Positions 40,787-51,097 of a stretch of DNA of 64,000 nt are shown piece after piece. This DNA comes from Promethearchaeota archaeon. GTDB taxonomy: Archaea > Asgardarchaeota > Lokiarchaeia > Sigyniarchaeales > SOKP01. The position numbers and the translations under genes are program-made. Under the pieces are notes generated by a model that ran no database searches, was not told where the DNA came from, and was given only the letters and a program-made list of their open reading frames with translations. The stretch spans positions 26,181 to 90,180 of the forward strand of contig JAHLWP010000013.1 in the NCBI GenBank assembly GCA_019057865.1, given 5' to 3'. Each line of letters starts with the position of its first letter. The first letter of the stretch is position 1.

Positions 40787-41926
40787 TTAAATTACAATAG
40801 GTTCTTTTGAAACGGAAGTAACTTGTTCACATTTATCTTTTCCGATAATCACATCATCTTCTAATCTAATACCCCATTTATCAAGCCAATATAATCCTGG
40901 TTCATTAGTATATACCATATTTTCCTTAAGTATATGGTGTTCCGATACTTTCCAGCTTATTCTTGAACCAATATCATGGGCTTCAAATCCAAGAGAATGT
41001 CCTAAGCCATGAAAGAATAATTTTTCATGATCAAAACCTTTCTCGCTTAAATAATTACGGCACTCTTTTGCGGGTATATGATTAGGAGTATTCGCTATAT
41101 AGTATTTATTAGCTATTTCCTTAGCTTCATATAATGTTTGATATGCTTGTATAAAATCCTCTGGTGGTTCATTGCCAATCCAAAAAGTCCAAGTAATATC
41201 AGAACACATCTCATCGATTTGCATTCCAGTATCAATTAAAAGAACTCCAGATTCAATTTTTTTAGTTGATGTATTATGATGTGGGTCTGCTGAATGTATT
41301 CCAGTGGCTACTATTGCAGGAAAAGAAGGCTTTCCTAATTTTGAATATTCATATTCTAGTTTAGCCATAACTTCTTTTTCTGTCATTCCAACTTTGACCC
41401 AATTTGGAATAGTTTCTAATATTTCAATTGTGGCTTTACAGACATTACGTAAATCTTTCAACTCTTCTGAGGTTTTTTGACTTCTAAGCCCATAAATTAT
41501 AGGGGCAGCTGAAATAAATTTTGTATTGGGGATTATTTTTTTAATAGCAAAAAAGGCTCCAACTTGAAGATAATCAGCATAAGGAGTTCCATCAGGATCA
41601 AGAATATTTTCTCCAAAATTGAGAGCAATTTTCGGTCTGTTGATTATTGGTTTTAATTTTGAAATTAAGTCCTTTAAGGTGTTATAGGATATTACTTCAG
41701 CATTTATACCTTTAGATCCGAGAGATTTTCGAATCATATTCGCTTCCATTTCTACTGGAAGAACTTTATGGTGTCCATCAGTAGAAACAAAAATAAAATG
41801 AAGAGCATGAGACTCAACACCTAGTAAGAATTTAGAGTTAATATCACTATCTTCATTACATACAATCAACCAACCGTCTCCATTAATTTCTTTAAGTATT
41901 TTTTGAACTCTTTCAAATTTATTCAT
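40787..41926 (-). CDS. Xaa-Pro aminopeptidase (M24)
   Basis: SADPHH, IDTG...SDIT, HGLGHSLG.EAHD, EPGLY, GIRLEDD. Confidence 0.9.
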   Translation of the reverse strand: MNKFERVQKILKEINGDGWLIVCNEDSDINSKFLLGVESHALHFIFVSTDGHHKVLPVEMEANMIRKSLGSKGINAEVISYNTLKDLISKLKPIINRPKIALNFGENILDPDGTPYADYLQVGAFFAIKKIIPNTKFISAAPIIYGLRSQKTSEELKDLRNVCKATIEILETIPNWVKVGMTEKEVMAKLEYEYSKLGKPSFPAIVATGIHSADPHHNTSTKKIESGVLLIDTGMQIDEMCSDITWTFWIGNEPPEDFIQAYQTLYEAKEIANKYYIANTPNHIPAKECRNYLSEKGFDHEKLFFHGLGHSLGFEAHDIGSRISWKVSEHHILKENMVYTNEPGLYWLDKWGIRLEDDVIIGKDKCEQVTSVSKEPIVI

Positions 41927-42174
41927 AATTCAAGACATCTTAAGGTATTTAATTAATTTTAGTATGTTGAAATTCAATAATATTTACTACTAAATTAATT
42001 TATTTAATACAGATTTTAACCTCTATATCTAATACTAATTCTGTTTTGCTTATTTCTTAAGCCCTAAGAAGAAGATATTTCAAATTTTTTATATGTAAAA
42101 ATATTCATTAACACAAATATTTATTAGAACTAAGTCCATTAATTAATAAGTATTATCATAATTTACCATTTTAA

Positions 42175-42639
42175 TTGAGGTTTAAGATGTCTGAAATTAA
42201 AAAGATCCAATTAAGAAATGGCATGGAAATTGATTTTGACAAGAAAGCGCCAACTACTCTTTATGAGATGATTATCAGCGAAGTTTTAATTCCCAAATAT
42301 AAAGAAAATGAAGATTGGAATTTATCTTTAAACATTATAATTGAGGAAATGAACCGTCTTATTACTAAATATGATCTAAGCCCAAAATTAAAATTAGGGT
42401 TGCTTAATCAAGTTGAGGAACATTTGGATAAAGATATAGAGGAATTAACGGGTGTTGATAAAATCGAAATATTATTCTTAAATATGGATGATTATGTTGA
42501 GGATATAAGAAGCCTTATACTTGCTGGTAAAGATAAAGAAGAACTTCGTACTAGTATGGCACGAGTAATAATGCCAATGACTCTTTTTGAATTATCTGAG
42601 CTTTTTATTTATTTGGGAAAAAGAACTTTCTTAAAATAA
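42175..42639 (+). CDS. Hypothetical protein
   Basis: Acidic helical ORF; real start probably ATG 42187 after GAGGT. Confidence 0.7.
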   Translation: MRFKMSEIKKIQLRNGMEIDFDKKAPTTLYEMIISEVLIPKYKENEDWNLSLNIIIEEMNRLITKYDLSPKLKLGLLNQVEEHLDKDIEELTGVDKIEILFLNMDDYVEDIRSLILAGKDKEELRTSMARVIMPMTLFELSELFIYLGKRTFLK

Positions 42640-42757
42640 TGCTATATTTCAAAAAATTAAATTTTTTATCCTATTATTTTAACATTGTTATTGGACGTGT
42701 TTACAGAGAATAAATGACATCTAATCAAAAAAAGTTTTAATTTTTTTTCAAAATGAG

Positions 42758-43555
42758 CTACAGATTTACTTCCTTAGCTGTTTTATATAAATAACTAAAA
42801 TAATAGTTAGCAGAAGGTCCAAAGGCGATATGGTCAGTCACTATACCAAAATAAGACATTTTTTTTGGAAAGAAACCCTTAGAAAGAATAATGAATGCAT
42901 CTTCTCCCTCATCCATTACAATAGCACTTCCAAAAACCTGGTCTCGGGAACGAATTTCACATAATTCTTTATATTGTTTTAATGTTTTTCTGAATTTTTC
43001 ATCTTGTAAAGCTTTATCTTCAATTAAAAGTTTTAAATTTGTAACACCTCGAGCTCTTGCTTTTTTAATATCATCATAAAAAACATCTAAAAATTCCTGA
43101 TCAGTAGTAACTATATAAACAGATGTTTTTGCTAAATTTAGTAATGCTAATGCCCTATTAATACATACATCTCTGCCTCTATGAACATATAGAGCAATTT
43201 TAATAGGAGTATCGTGAGATTGATAAATTGGAGTTAATGAATGGATAATTTTATTTGAGTGACCATCAAAATTATCATTAAATTGTTTTTTTGCAATAAT
43301 CAGAGCCTCATCAGGCGATTTGGCAAAATAGCGCGATGGACGGCTTGCTTCCTCTTTAATTATCCACAACTTTTCTTTTTCCAGCTGTGTGAGGATGTTA
43401 TATATGCGGGAGTAGGGCACACCTGACGCTTCTGATAATTCCCGAGCATCCATAGGTCCTTTGCTTATTAAAGTTAAATATATTGAGATCTCATAATCTG
43501 TAAGTCCAATTGATCTTAAGGATTCTTTCACATTTTCAGGAATTTCTTTTGACAT
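42758..43555 (-). CDS. TrmB family transcriptional regulator
   Basis: GLTDYEISIYLTL...ARELSEASGVPYSRIY.IL wHTH plus PLD-like effector domain. Confidence 0.9.
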   Translation of the reverse strand: MSKEIPENVKESLRSIGLTDYEISIYLTLISKGPMDARELSEASGVPYSRIYNILTQLEKEKLWIIKEEASRPSRYFAKSPDEALIIAKKQFNDNFDGHSNKIIHSLTPIYQSHDTPIKIALYVHRGRDVCINRALALLNLAKTSVYIVTTDQEFLDVFYDDIKKARARGVTNLKLLIEDKALQDEKFRKTLKQYKELCEIRSRDQVFGSAIVMDEGEDAFIILSKGFFPKKMSYFGIVTDHIAFGPSANYYFSYLYKTAKEVNL

Positions 43556-43832
43556 AAACTTACCACTATTTTACATTTTTAAGAAGTTTAAGATATTTTC
43601 TGTATAAACTATATTAAAATAATATTTAGAATGTATTTAAGCATATTTTATATAGAGTAATATAATATTATTAATAATATTAATATTATTTTTTTAAGAG
43701 TCAATTTCTCAAATTAAAATTTAAAAGGGAAATTATAACTAAATATATAATTTTAACTGTTAGTAATAATGAATAAAAAAAGCAGTTAAAAGATTGGTTT
43801 ATTCTTTTAGAACTTCTGATATTACTATCTAT

Positions 43833-44180
43833 TTATTCAAGCTCCTTATAGAGAAATATTATTGGTGCCGAAACGATATTAATTATACCGATGATTATGT
43901 ATAATGTTCTCCATAATTGTATCCCTAGTAATTCAAAAATAATACTCTGAATTAATAACCAAATCACACTGCTTACTGGAATAATTGATATATGATAAGT
44001 TCTCACCCTTTCAGTTTTAGCAATATCATTTATCAATGCAAATATTTTTGGTAAGGCAAATGCAATAGTTCCTCCAATTATTATAAATGTTATTACGTAA
44101 ATAGGCCAAGTTGTAGTAAAAGCAGCATAAATACAGTTAAAACCAATTAAAATAAGACTAAAAGAAATGGCTGGTTCTTT
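43833..44180 (-). pseudogene. Fragment of a membrane (MFS-like) transporter
   Basis: About 4 TM helices, 'WRTLYIIIG' motif, no own start; abuts the truncated kinase. Confidence 0.55.
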
Positions 44181-44970
44181 AGCAATATTTTTTAAAAAAG
44201 TATAACGATATCTTTCCAATAATATCACTAGAATTGGCAAGGAGTGGTAATTTCTTGGCTAAGTTTGGAGTTGTAGCATTTAAAGCCTTCTCGTCCCACT
44301 TTTTTGTATTAATATTCATTAAATTCATCCCTGCGCCATCTCCATGGTCAATTGGAGCATTTCTCCCCAATAAAATCGATACCATAAAAGAACTTACTAA
44401 ATGAATAATGGCTGTATTCTTATATCCATTTGGATTTTCTTGATAAAATTTCCGTATTTGCGGACCAGAAAATCGTTCAAAAGTATTAGAGCTTGTTATT
44501 TTTATTGTTTCTTTAACCCCGCCTAGACGTTCACGTATCTCTTCACAGTGTTTAGAAGTGCTTGAATCCATCCAAATTGGACTAGTAATTCTACTAAATC
44601 TATCCCTTAGTTGATTAACCATTGAATCATTAGTATTTAAATTTTGAAGTCTTTTCTCAAATTGCTTATTTAAATAAACTGTACCATGTTGTTGAGCTGA
44701 ACCAGATATAGTTTTGATTTTTTCAATTGGCACAGATTCTTGGATAAATCTATTAAATAATAATTCTAATGCTTCAACCCACATTAATGGATAAGAATGA
44801 ACAACTTTTTCATCTTCAAATGTAATAACACCGTTTTTTGTATGATATTGGGGTAAATCTGTATCAAACTTTATTTTTAATTTATAAAGAATTTTACCTG
44901 CATCATAGTCTATTATTACTACGGTTAAACTTTGAGTTGAACAGTCTAAACCAAGAAACAGATTACTCAT
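44179..44970 (-). pseudogene. xylB: Truncated xylulokinase (FGGY N-domain only)
   Basis: GLDCSTQS, SGSAQQHG, PIWMDSST, ERFSGPQI, GMNL; ends at 263 aa, lacking the C-domain. Confidence 0.8.
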
Positions 44971-45305
44971 AATATAAAAATACGTATTTAAAGCTATTGA
45001 AATTTATCATTATTTACTAAAAAACTTTCTAATATCTGTTTTTAATTTAAAATCGTAATATAATTCTTGTTATACTATAATTTTAACCCATGATAAAATA
45101 TTTTTATCGAATAATAAAATATCTTAGTTGATTATTTATAGATTGATAAATTTATTTTTATAGTTTGTTAAACCCTTATTAGTATTTTTTAACAAAATTA
45201 ATTTTCTCAAAAACGAAATTAAAAATTTGATAACAAAAAAGAAAAAATTTAATAAATAATTTATCATATTTAATAATCAAATAATCAAAAAAGAATATAC
45301 TGACA

Positions 45306-45725
45306 ATGGATATAGTAGATTTAAAAATATTAGAATTATTAAAAGATGACGGGAGAAAGTCGTATAACGACATTTCTGAAAATGTAGGGAAAACAGAAGC
45401 AACTGTAAGAAGAAGAGTCAAGAATTTAATAGAAGAAGGAGTTATTAAAAAATTTACAATTGAATATAATATAGATTCAAAACCTAAAACCCGAGCTACT
45501 ATAAAAATCGAACCTGACTTTAAAGAGATTAAAAATATTTTAAAAGAATTAATAGGAATTGAGGAAATTACAGATATTTGGAGACTTAGCGGCGATTGTG
45601 GATTATTTATAAAGGTGGAAATCCCTTCAATTGAACAATTTAATCCATTAATTGAGGAAAAAATCTCCCGAATTGGGGGAGTTAAAATTATGGAAACGTG
45701 TTTTATAACAGATATTATTAAATAA
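45306..45725 (+). CDS. Lrp/AsnC family regulator
   Basis: DLKILELL..DGR.SY..I...VG.TEATVRRRV..L...GVI. Confidence 0.92.
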   Translation: MDIVDLKILELLKDDGRKSYNDISENVGKTEATVRRRVKNLIEEGVIKKFTIEYNIDSKPKTRATIKIEPDFKEIKNILKELIGIEEITDIWRLSGDCGLFIKVEIPSIEQFNPLIEEKISRIGGVKIMETCFITDIIK

Positions 45726-45810
45726 TATCATTAAAAGAGTGTGTTATCGCCCTTTTTTTTACTATTTTCTTCTATAAGAAATTTAATCTAAAAATGCAAA
45801 CCTTAAAATA

Positions 45811-47217
45811 TTATTTTTTCAAAAGTTTATTGATTGATGCCATCCTCTTTTTAGCTTTCTTTAAATCTGCTTGTAATCTTTTTGATTGCTTAATGTAAGA
45901 TACATCATCTATTTTTCCACTATCGCGTTTATTATCAATAATTTTCATTAAATTTTCAACAGAATCTACTTTGGTTTCTAATCCTTTCTTTTCTTCTCTT
46001 AATTCTTTAATTGATTTTGCTTTAGATTGCTTTTTGAGTTTAGGAGCAGGTTTTAAAGAAATCTTAGATTCATCATCAACTAAAGGTAAACCTATAAAGT
46101 CTTGATCTGCTTTTAGTTTCTCCGGTTTTGGAGGTAAAGCAGTTAGAGTTGGCTCTCCTTGTTCCCCCAGTTTGATATAATCTTGCTTTTCAGTTTCTTC
46201 TGAAATTTGAGCATCTGGAACAAAATCTTGAGTTTGTGAAGGTATCTTGGAAGTCTTAGTCTCAGTAAGTTCAATAATCTCTTTTTCTGATGCTTCAGTT
46301 GTTTTTATCAATTTATCAATCGTATTTTTTATTGTATTTATTTGATTTTGAAAGATTTTTAATAGTTCCATTAATTCACTTTTCTTATAGATTTTCATTG
46401 AAAAATCAATATCGAAAGCTCGTTTAGTAGTTGAGGTAGATTTAGCAGTTGTATCCAATTGTTCCGCTACCTGAGTTGATCCACTGGGGATCTCAGGTGA
46501 GGGAACAGGAATTTGACCACTTGATCTTAATTCCATTCGATAATCAGAAACTAGCCATTTAAAAATATTCAAAGCTAAATCTGGGTGTTGATCACATTGA
46601 AAGCCACCTCCAACTTTATCTCTAAAAATTTCATAACTTCCAATACAACAAACTCTACCATATTCTGATTCAGAAACACAAATCAAAGGACAAGAAAAAG
46701 GTTCAGAAGTTTCATTGGAATCGGCTATTGAAAAAGCACCACCACCGATAATCGTAAGTGAGCATCCAGAGCGATAGCATAATGAATAGATTTCAGTTGT
46801 TATAGGATGGGGGATATTGAATGTAGAGATTTTTGGTATATTCTCAATACCTAAATTAATAGTTTCATCCAAAACTTGATCATTTTCAAAAGCAATACCA
46901 AATTGTTCAGAAATTTCAGATAAATTACTATTGCGACCTCTATCACCACCAGCATGAGATAATAATAATAAACCTCCGCCAGCATTTTTAATCCAGTTTA
47001 TAATCTCAGTAATTTCTAAAGGAGATATCTTTGCAAAATCAGGGCATACAAATACTAAGATATCATATGGCATTAAAGATTCTTCTGTTATTGGTGCTTC
47101 TAAAAAGTTATAACATACAAAATCATTTGTATTTAAATAATCTCGAAGCTCAGTGAGGTTTTCATCGATTCTACCCCTTGGTTTATGTGCTGTATCAAAT
47201 GCAATATTAAAAGGCAT
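45811..47217 (-). CDS. IFT52-like GIFT-domain protein with disordered linker and C-terminal coiled coil
   Basis: IAFD.AH, YDILVF..P, GGGLLLLS..GGD...SNL...FGI.F.ND.V. Confidence 0.7.
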   Translation of the reverse strand: MPFNIAFDTAHKPRGRIDENLTELRDYLNTNDFVCYNFLEAPITEESLMPYDILVFVCPDFAKISPLEITEIINWIKNAGGGLLLLSHAGGDRGRNSNLSEISEQFGIAFENDQVLDETINLGIENIPKISTFNIPHPITTEIYSLCYRSGCSLTIIGGGAFSIADSNETSEPFSCPLICVSESEYGRVCCIGSYEIFRDKVGGGFQCDQHPDLALNIFKWLVSDYRMELRSSGQIPVPSPEIPSGSTQVAEQLDTTAKSTSTTKRAFDIDFSMKIYKKSELMELLKIFQNQINTIKNTIDKLIKTTEASEKEIIELTETKTSKIPSQTQDFVPDAQISEETEKQDYIKLGEQGEPTLTALPPKPEKLKADQDFIGLPLVDDESKISLKPAPKLKKQSKAKSIKELREEKKGLETKVDSVENLMKIIDNKRDSGKIDDVSYIKQSKRLQADLKKAKKRMASINKLLKK

Positions 47218-47372
47218 CTTAACTCATCAAAACCATATTTAATTAAATTTCTAATTTATTCAAAATCTTATTACTATTAATTAGTATTTTAATCTTTTTA
47301 TCTTTAATATTTAATTATAAAATATAAAAATTCTCTAATTTTTTGCTTAGGTTAAAATCATAGAGAAATTAT

Positions 47373-48470
47373 TTAAAAGGTGCTTTTATCACCAATAATT
47401 AAATTATCTTTACTTATATTTTCAACTTTTATATTACTTCCCATGATTGAATTTTCTGTAATGATATTTTTCAGTTCTACGCACTTTTCAATAACGCAAT
47501 TTTTTAAAATTGAATTTAGTATGTGTGAATTTATCCCTATAGTTACATATGGTCCAATGACGGAGTTTATAATATTTGTATTTTTGCCAACATGTATAGG
47601 ATTTTTTATAAAAGACTTATCTACAGTAATATTTAATTCTTGAAAATCCTCTTTTTTGATAGAATTTTGTTCTAAAAGATATTTATTTCCATTTAACACT
47701 TCAGAAGGACGTCCAAAGTCTAATACACCTTGTTTTAAATTAACAGCAGCAATTTTATAACCACTATTTACTAAATCTTGAAGGCTTTCTGTTAAATATA
47801 TTTCTTTTGAATCTTTTTTTCTATTATCTAGATATTTTTTGATATTTCTAAAAAGTGTATGTGTAGCAGAATTTGAAAAAGCATAAATGCCAGCAATAGC
47901 TAAATTTGATATAAATTCTTTTGGTTTTTCGACTAATCTTCTTATAATTGAATTCTCATCAATAGTTACGATACCATACGAAATTGCATCTTCTTTTGGA
48001 ACTTCTATTACAGTAATGATTCCATCTACGTCTGATTCATAATACCGATACATTAAGTAAGAATATTCGGCAATTGGAATCATATCACTTAGAAAAATTA
48101 AAGATCCCGCTCTTTTATCATCTTCATTGGATTTGAATTCTTCTTTCTTAAATCTTTTATGTGCTAAGTATACAGCTTCTCCAAGTCCCCAATAATATGG
48201 AATATCCTCCTTATAGCCACGTGGGACTTGCTCGATAAAAGTAAGTTTAAATTTATCGCTATAATTCTTTTTAATATACTCAATAATTTGTCTTTTCTTG
48301 TATCCAACGATTAGGATTAATTCAGTATCAGAATCAAATGTATTTGTGAATTTATCTAAGATGTGGTCTAGGACTGTTTTGCCTGCAACTCTAATAAAAG
48401 CCTTTGGCTTGCTTAAAGTGAAGGGGCGAAGTCTTGAACCTATGCCAGCCACCGGACCGATAATCTTCAT
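47373..48470 (-). CDS. Sugar-1-phosphate nucleotidyltransferase
   Basis: PVAGIGSRLRPFT..PK, LVEKP, AGIY, C-terminal hexapeptide repeats. Confidence 0.88.
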   Translation of the reverse strand: MKIIGPVAGIGSRLRPFTLSKPKAFIRVAGKTVLDHILDKFTNTFDSDTELILIVGYKKRQIIEYIKKNYSDKFKLTFIEQVPRGYKEDIPYYWGLGEAVYLAHKRFKKEEFKSNEDDKRAGSLIFLSDMIPIAEYSYLMYRYYESDVDGIITVIEVPKEDAISYGIVTIDENSIIRRLVEKPKEFISNLAIAGIYAFSNSATHTLFRNIKKYLDNRKKDSKEIYLTESLQDLVNSGYKIAAVNLKQGVLDFGRPSEVLNGNKYLLEQNSIKKEDFQELNITVDKSFIKNPIHVGKNTNIINSVIGPYVTIGINSHILNSILKNCVIEKCVELKNIITENSIMGSNIKVENISKDNLIIGDKSTF

Positions 48471-48533
48471 TTTTCGTAGAGAATGATTTTATACTAAATT
48501 AAAATAATTTTACTTTACTTATATCTTAGGGTA

Positions 48534-49310
48534 TTAATAAGATTTTGATTTATAAGAATCAAAAACTCTTTGTAAATATCCAAATAATAGATCAAGACCA
48601 TGTTCTTCTCTCGTACTACAAGGTATTAGTTCTGCAGTTGATCCCATTTGAAGAAAAACTTCAGATAAATTCATTGACAATTCTCTAATTAATCCACTTT
48701 CTCTTTCACTTGTAGATTCTTCCAATGCTTGAAAATCTTGACTCCAATTAACAATCATATCTATCTGATCCTCATCTAATAAGTCTGCTTTAGAAAGAAC
48801 ATTAATTTGAGGGATTTTTCTAAATCGAAATTGTACAGAAGCAGCTAGAAGTAATGTTGAAATAAAACCATTTGGTCTGAGTACAAAGTTAGAATCAAAA
48901 AGAAAGCTTACAGATCTTTGAATGGATCCAAATCCTAATGCACTAGCTATCAATGGTCCTGTTTCACGAAATGCAAAAAGTTCTAACTGACCCGCTGTAT
49001 CTACTAAAATCCAATCTGGATTAAACTCGTCTATCTCATCCTTAATATCATCTAGATAATTAACCATTAAATCAGAAGCCAATATCATCGCTCCGTTAGG
49101 ACCTAATCCATATTTTTCCATAACTTCCTCAAGAACAATGAAATCCCTGATATCTATATCAGGAGCGTAAGAAATAACTCTTACACCAGGATCCAAATTT
49201 ATTGTAATAACTGAAACTTCAGGGTCTCGATTTGAAATATAGTGTTTTAAATCACCGGTAAGTGTAGACTTTCCACTTCCCGCTGTTCCTATGAAGTAAT
49301 TTAATAAAAT
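48534..49310 (-). CDS. GPN-loop GTPase
   Basis: GTAGSGKS, NLDPG, LGPNG, DTAGQ. Likely ATT start at 49310 after GAGGTTA (track gives TTG 49337). Confidence 0.92.
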   Translation of the reverse strand: MLLNYFIGTAGSGKSTLTGDLKHYISNRDPEVSVITINLDPGVRVISYAPDIDIRDFIVLEEVMEKYGLGPNGAMILASDLMVNYLDDIKDEIDEFNPDWILVDTAGQLELFAFRETGPLIASALGFGSIQRSVSFLFDSNFVLRPNGFISTLLLAASVQFRFRKIPQINVLSKADLLDEDQIDMIVNWSQDFQALEESTSERESGLIRELSMNLSEVFLQMGSTAELIPCSTREEHGLDLLFGYLQRVFDSYKSKSY

Positions 49311-49452
49311 TTTTTTTAACCTCGAATGAATAAACAAGCTTTAATTATAATTTAATATTGGAAAGCAATAAAAGATTTATTAGTATTTATTCATGATGCA
49401 TTTAATCTAAATAATTTCGATTTTATTTTAAATTAAAGCAAAATTCCGAAAC

Positions 49453-50427
49453 TCACTTAGGTTTTTTTAATTTTTCTAAGGATAGTTCTTTTTTTTTATG
49501 TTTCTCTAATCGTTTTATTTGATTCTTAATAGCTTCTTCTTCTTTTTCCTCTAATTGTTTTTCATCTAGGATTAAACTTTTAAGTTCTTCATCACTCATA
49601 GGTTCTAAAATATCTTTTATACTAAATCCGTTATTTTTTTCATAACTTTCTTTAAAAACCGATTTCATTTCTTTAATTACTAATATTTTAGCTGAAGATA
49701 CTCCACTTTGGATTAAACCATCTTTTGAATATGGTTGTTTTATTCTTTCAATACCTATTTCTTGACTTCTTTTAATAACAGGAGGAGCTGGAAGATATTG
49801 TTGATTGGTAAAACTCCCGTTTTTTAAGATTACTGTTAGATTTTTTAATTGCTCTTCAATATTCTTTAATGTCTTATTACTTTCACTGATCATTGAATTC
49901 AGTGAATTATTTTTAGGAGTGGATTCAAACGCTTTCTTTTCATATACAATAGTTCTTTTTTGTTCATATTTAGTATATTCTGTTTTGATTTCTTCATAGA
50001 TTTTTTCTTGAGTAAAAGTACCTTTTAGATTTTTATTTGGGTCTAAATTTTCAATCTCGTATTCTATATAACAATCCTCATTAATTGAGATTTCTGACAT
50101 TTTAAATGTATCCTCAAAAGAATATTCAATACGTTGACCTGAATATAAAAATACTACTAAACGTAATATCTTAATTTGAAGATTCTCAAGAGTACTAATC
50201 AAATCTAAATCAATTGCAAAAGATAAAGCTTCTTTTGAATGAAATAACTTTTTGATGGAAATTAAATAGGGTGGTTCTTTATAAAAGACTTCTTGTTTTA
50301 AAATTTCAAATTGTAGATTTAAGCGTTTTATATTTTCAGGAAGGAATAATTGCTTTTCCTCCTTATTCTTTTTAAATTCTAAAAAAAGTTTATTTTGATC
50401 GTCCCAAAAAATTTGGAACAATTCCAT
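49453..50427 (-). CDS. Hypothetical protein with coiled coil
   Basis: 324-aa ORF. Confidence 0.7.
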   Translation of the reverse strand: MELFQIFWDDQNKLFLEFKKNKEEKQLFLPENIKRLNLQFEILKQEVFYKEPPYLISIKKLFHSKEALSFAIDLDLISTLENLQIKILRLVVFLYSGQRIEYSFEDTFKMSEISINEDCYIEYEIENLDPNKNLKGTFTQEKIYEEIKTEYTKYEQKRTIVYEKKAFESTPKNNSLNSMISESNKTLKNIEEQLKNLTVILKNGSFTNQQYLPAPPVIKRSQEIGIERIKQPYSKDGLIQSGVSSAKILVIKEMKSVFKESYEKNNGFSIKDILEPMSDEELKSLILDEKQLEEKEEEAIKNQIKRLEKHKKKELSLEKLKKPK

Positions 50428-50525
50428 TATTGTATATAACCCTTAATATTTTACTTAAATCTTACAATTTATTAGATTGAAATTATTATTGAGTTAAATC
50501 TTTAAAAAATATCGAGTTGCTAAAT

Positions 50526-50924
50526 TTATTGATTTTTATATAATTTTAAGTTTAATTCTGAAAGAAAATATATAGACCTTTTTAAATTGTTCTTAAAATA
50601 GTCAATTTCTTCCCTCGACTGTTCTCCAATATAATTATCTATATCAAGTACCAATATTGCTTCTTGATCATGTAATTTTCTTAATGCAATCTCTTGTAGT
50701 TTTTCCCATTCCTCATCAGCAAATTTTTCTTTATTCAATAAACCGTCCACTGAACAGATATTTACCAGTTTTTTATGGGTTATCTGAAGGATAGACTCAA
50801 TTTTAATAAAATATTCTCTAAAACGAATAGAACCAACTAAATATATCTTATTTTCTTTTATTTTTAAGAAATCATAATCTTTAAAATCAGCCAAGAAATT
50901 CTTATTTAATCGTTCTTTCTTCAT
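50526..50924 (-). CDS. Nucleoside 2-deoxyribosyltransferase-like/DUF4406-like protein
   Basis: IYLVGS.RF...AILVLD..NYIGEQSREEI.Y pattern. Confidence 0.55.
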   Translation of the reverse strand: MKKERLNKNFLADFKDYDFLKIKENKIYLVGSIRFREYFIKIESILQITHKKLVNICSVDGLLNKEKFADEEWEKLQEIALRKLHDQEAILVLDIDNYIGEQSREEIDYFKNNLKRSIYFLSELNLKLYKNQ

Positions 50925-51097
50925 AATTCGAATTTACTCCTTGTTTTATAACATTTTTAAAATTAATAAAAAAATTTTAACAATTATGTTATCTAGATAT
51001 TATATAATTTTTTACCTATTATTTAGGTATATTTTACCAATTAATTGTTCAAAGTTTTAAATCTCATTACCAAAATAAATTAGTCTTTTTATTACAT

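Noticed and set aside
49453-49800. WH2-like actin-binding motif (Pro stretch, terminal LKKP)
   Set aside because: Helix-to-LKK spacing is unconvincing in a Lys-rich protein.
50930-51097. att duplication of the tRNA-Trp 3' end at the island's left edge
   Set aside because: No match to tggggactgaggg found by eye.
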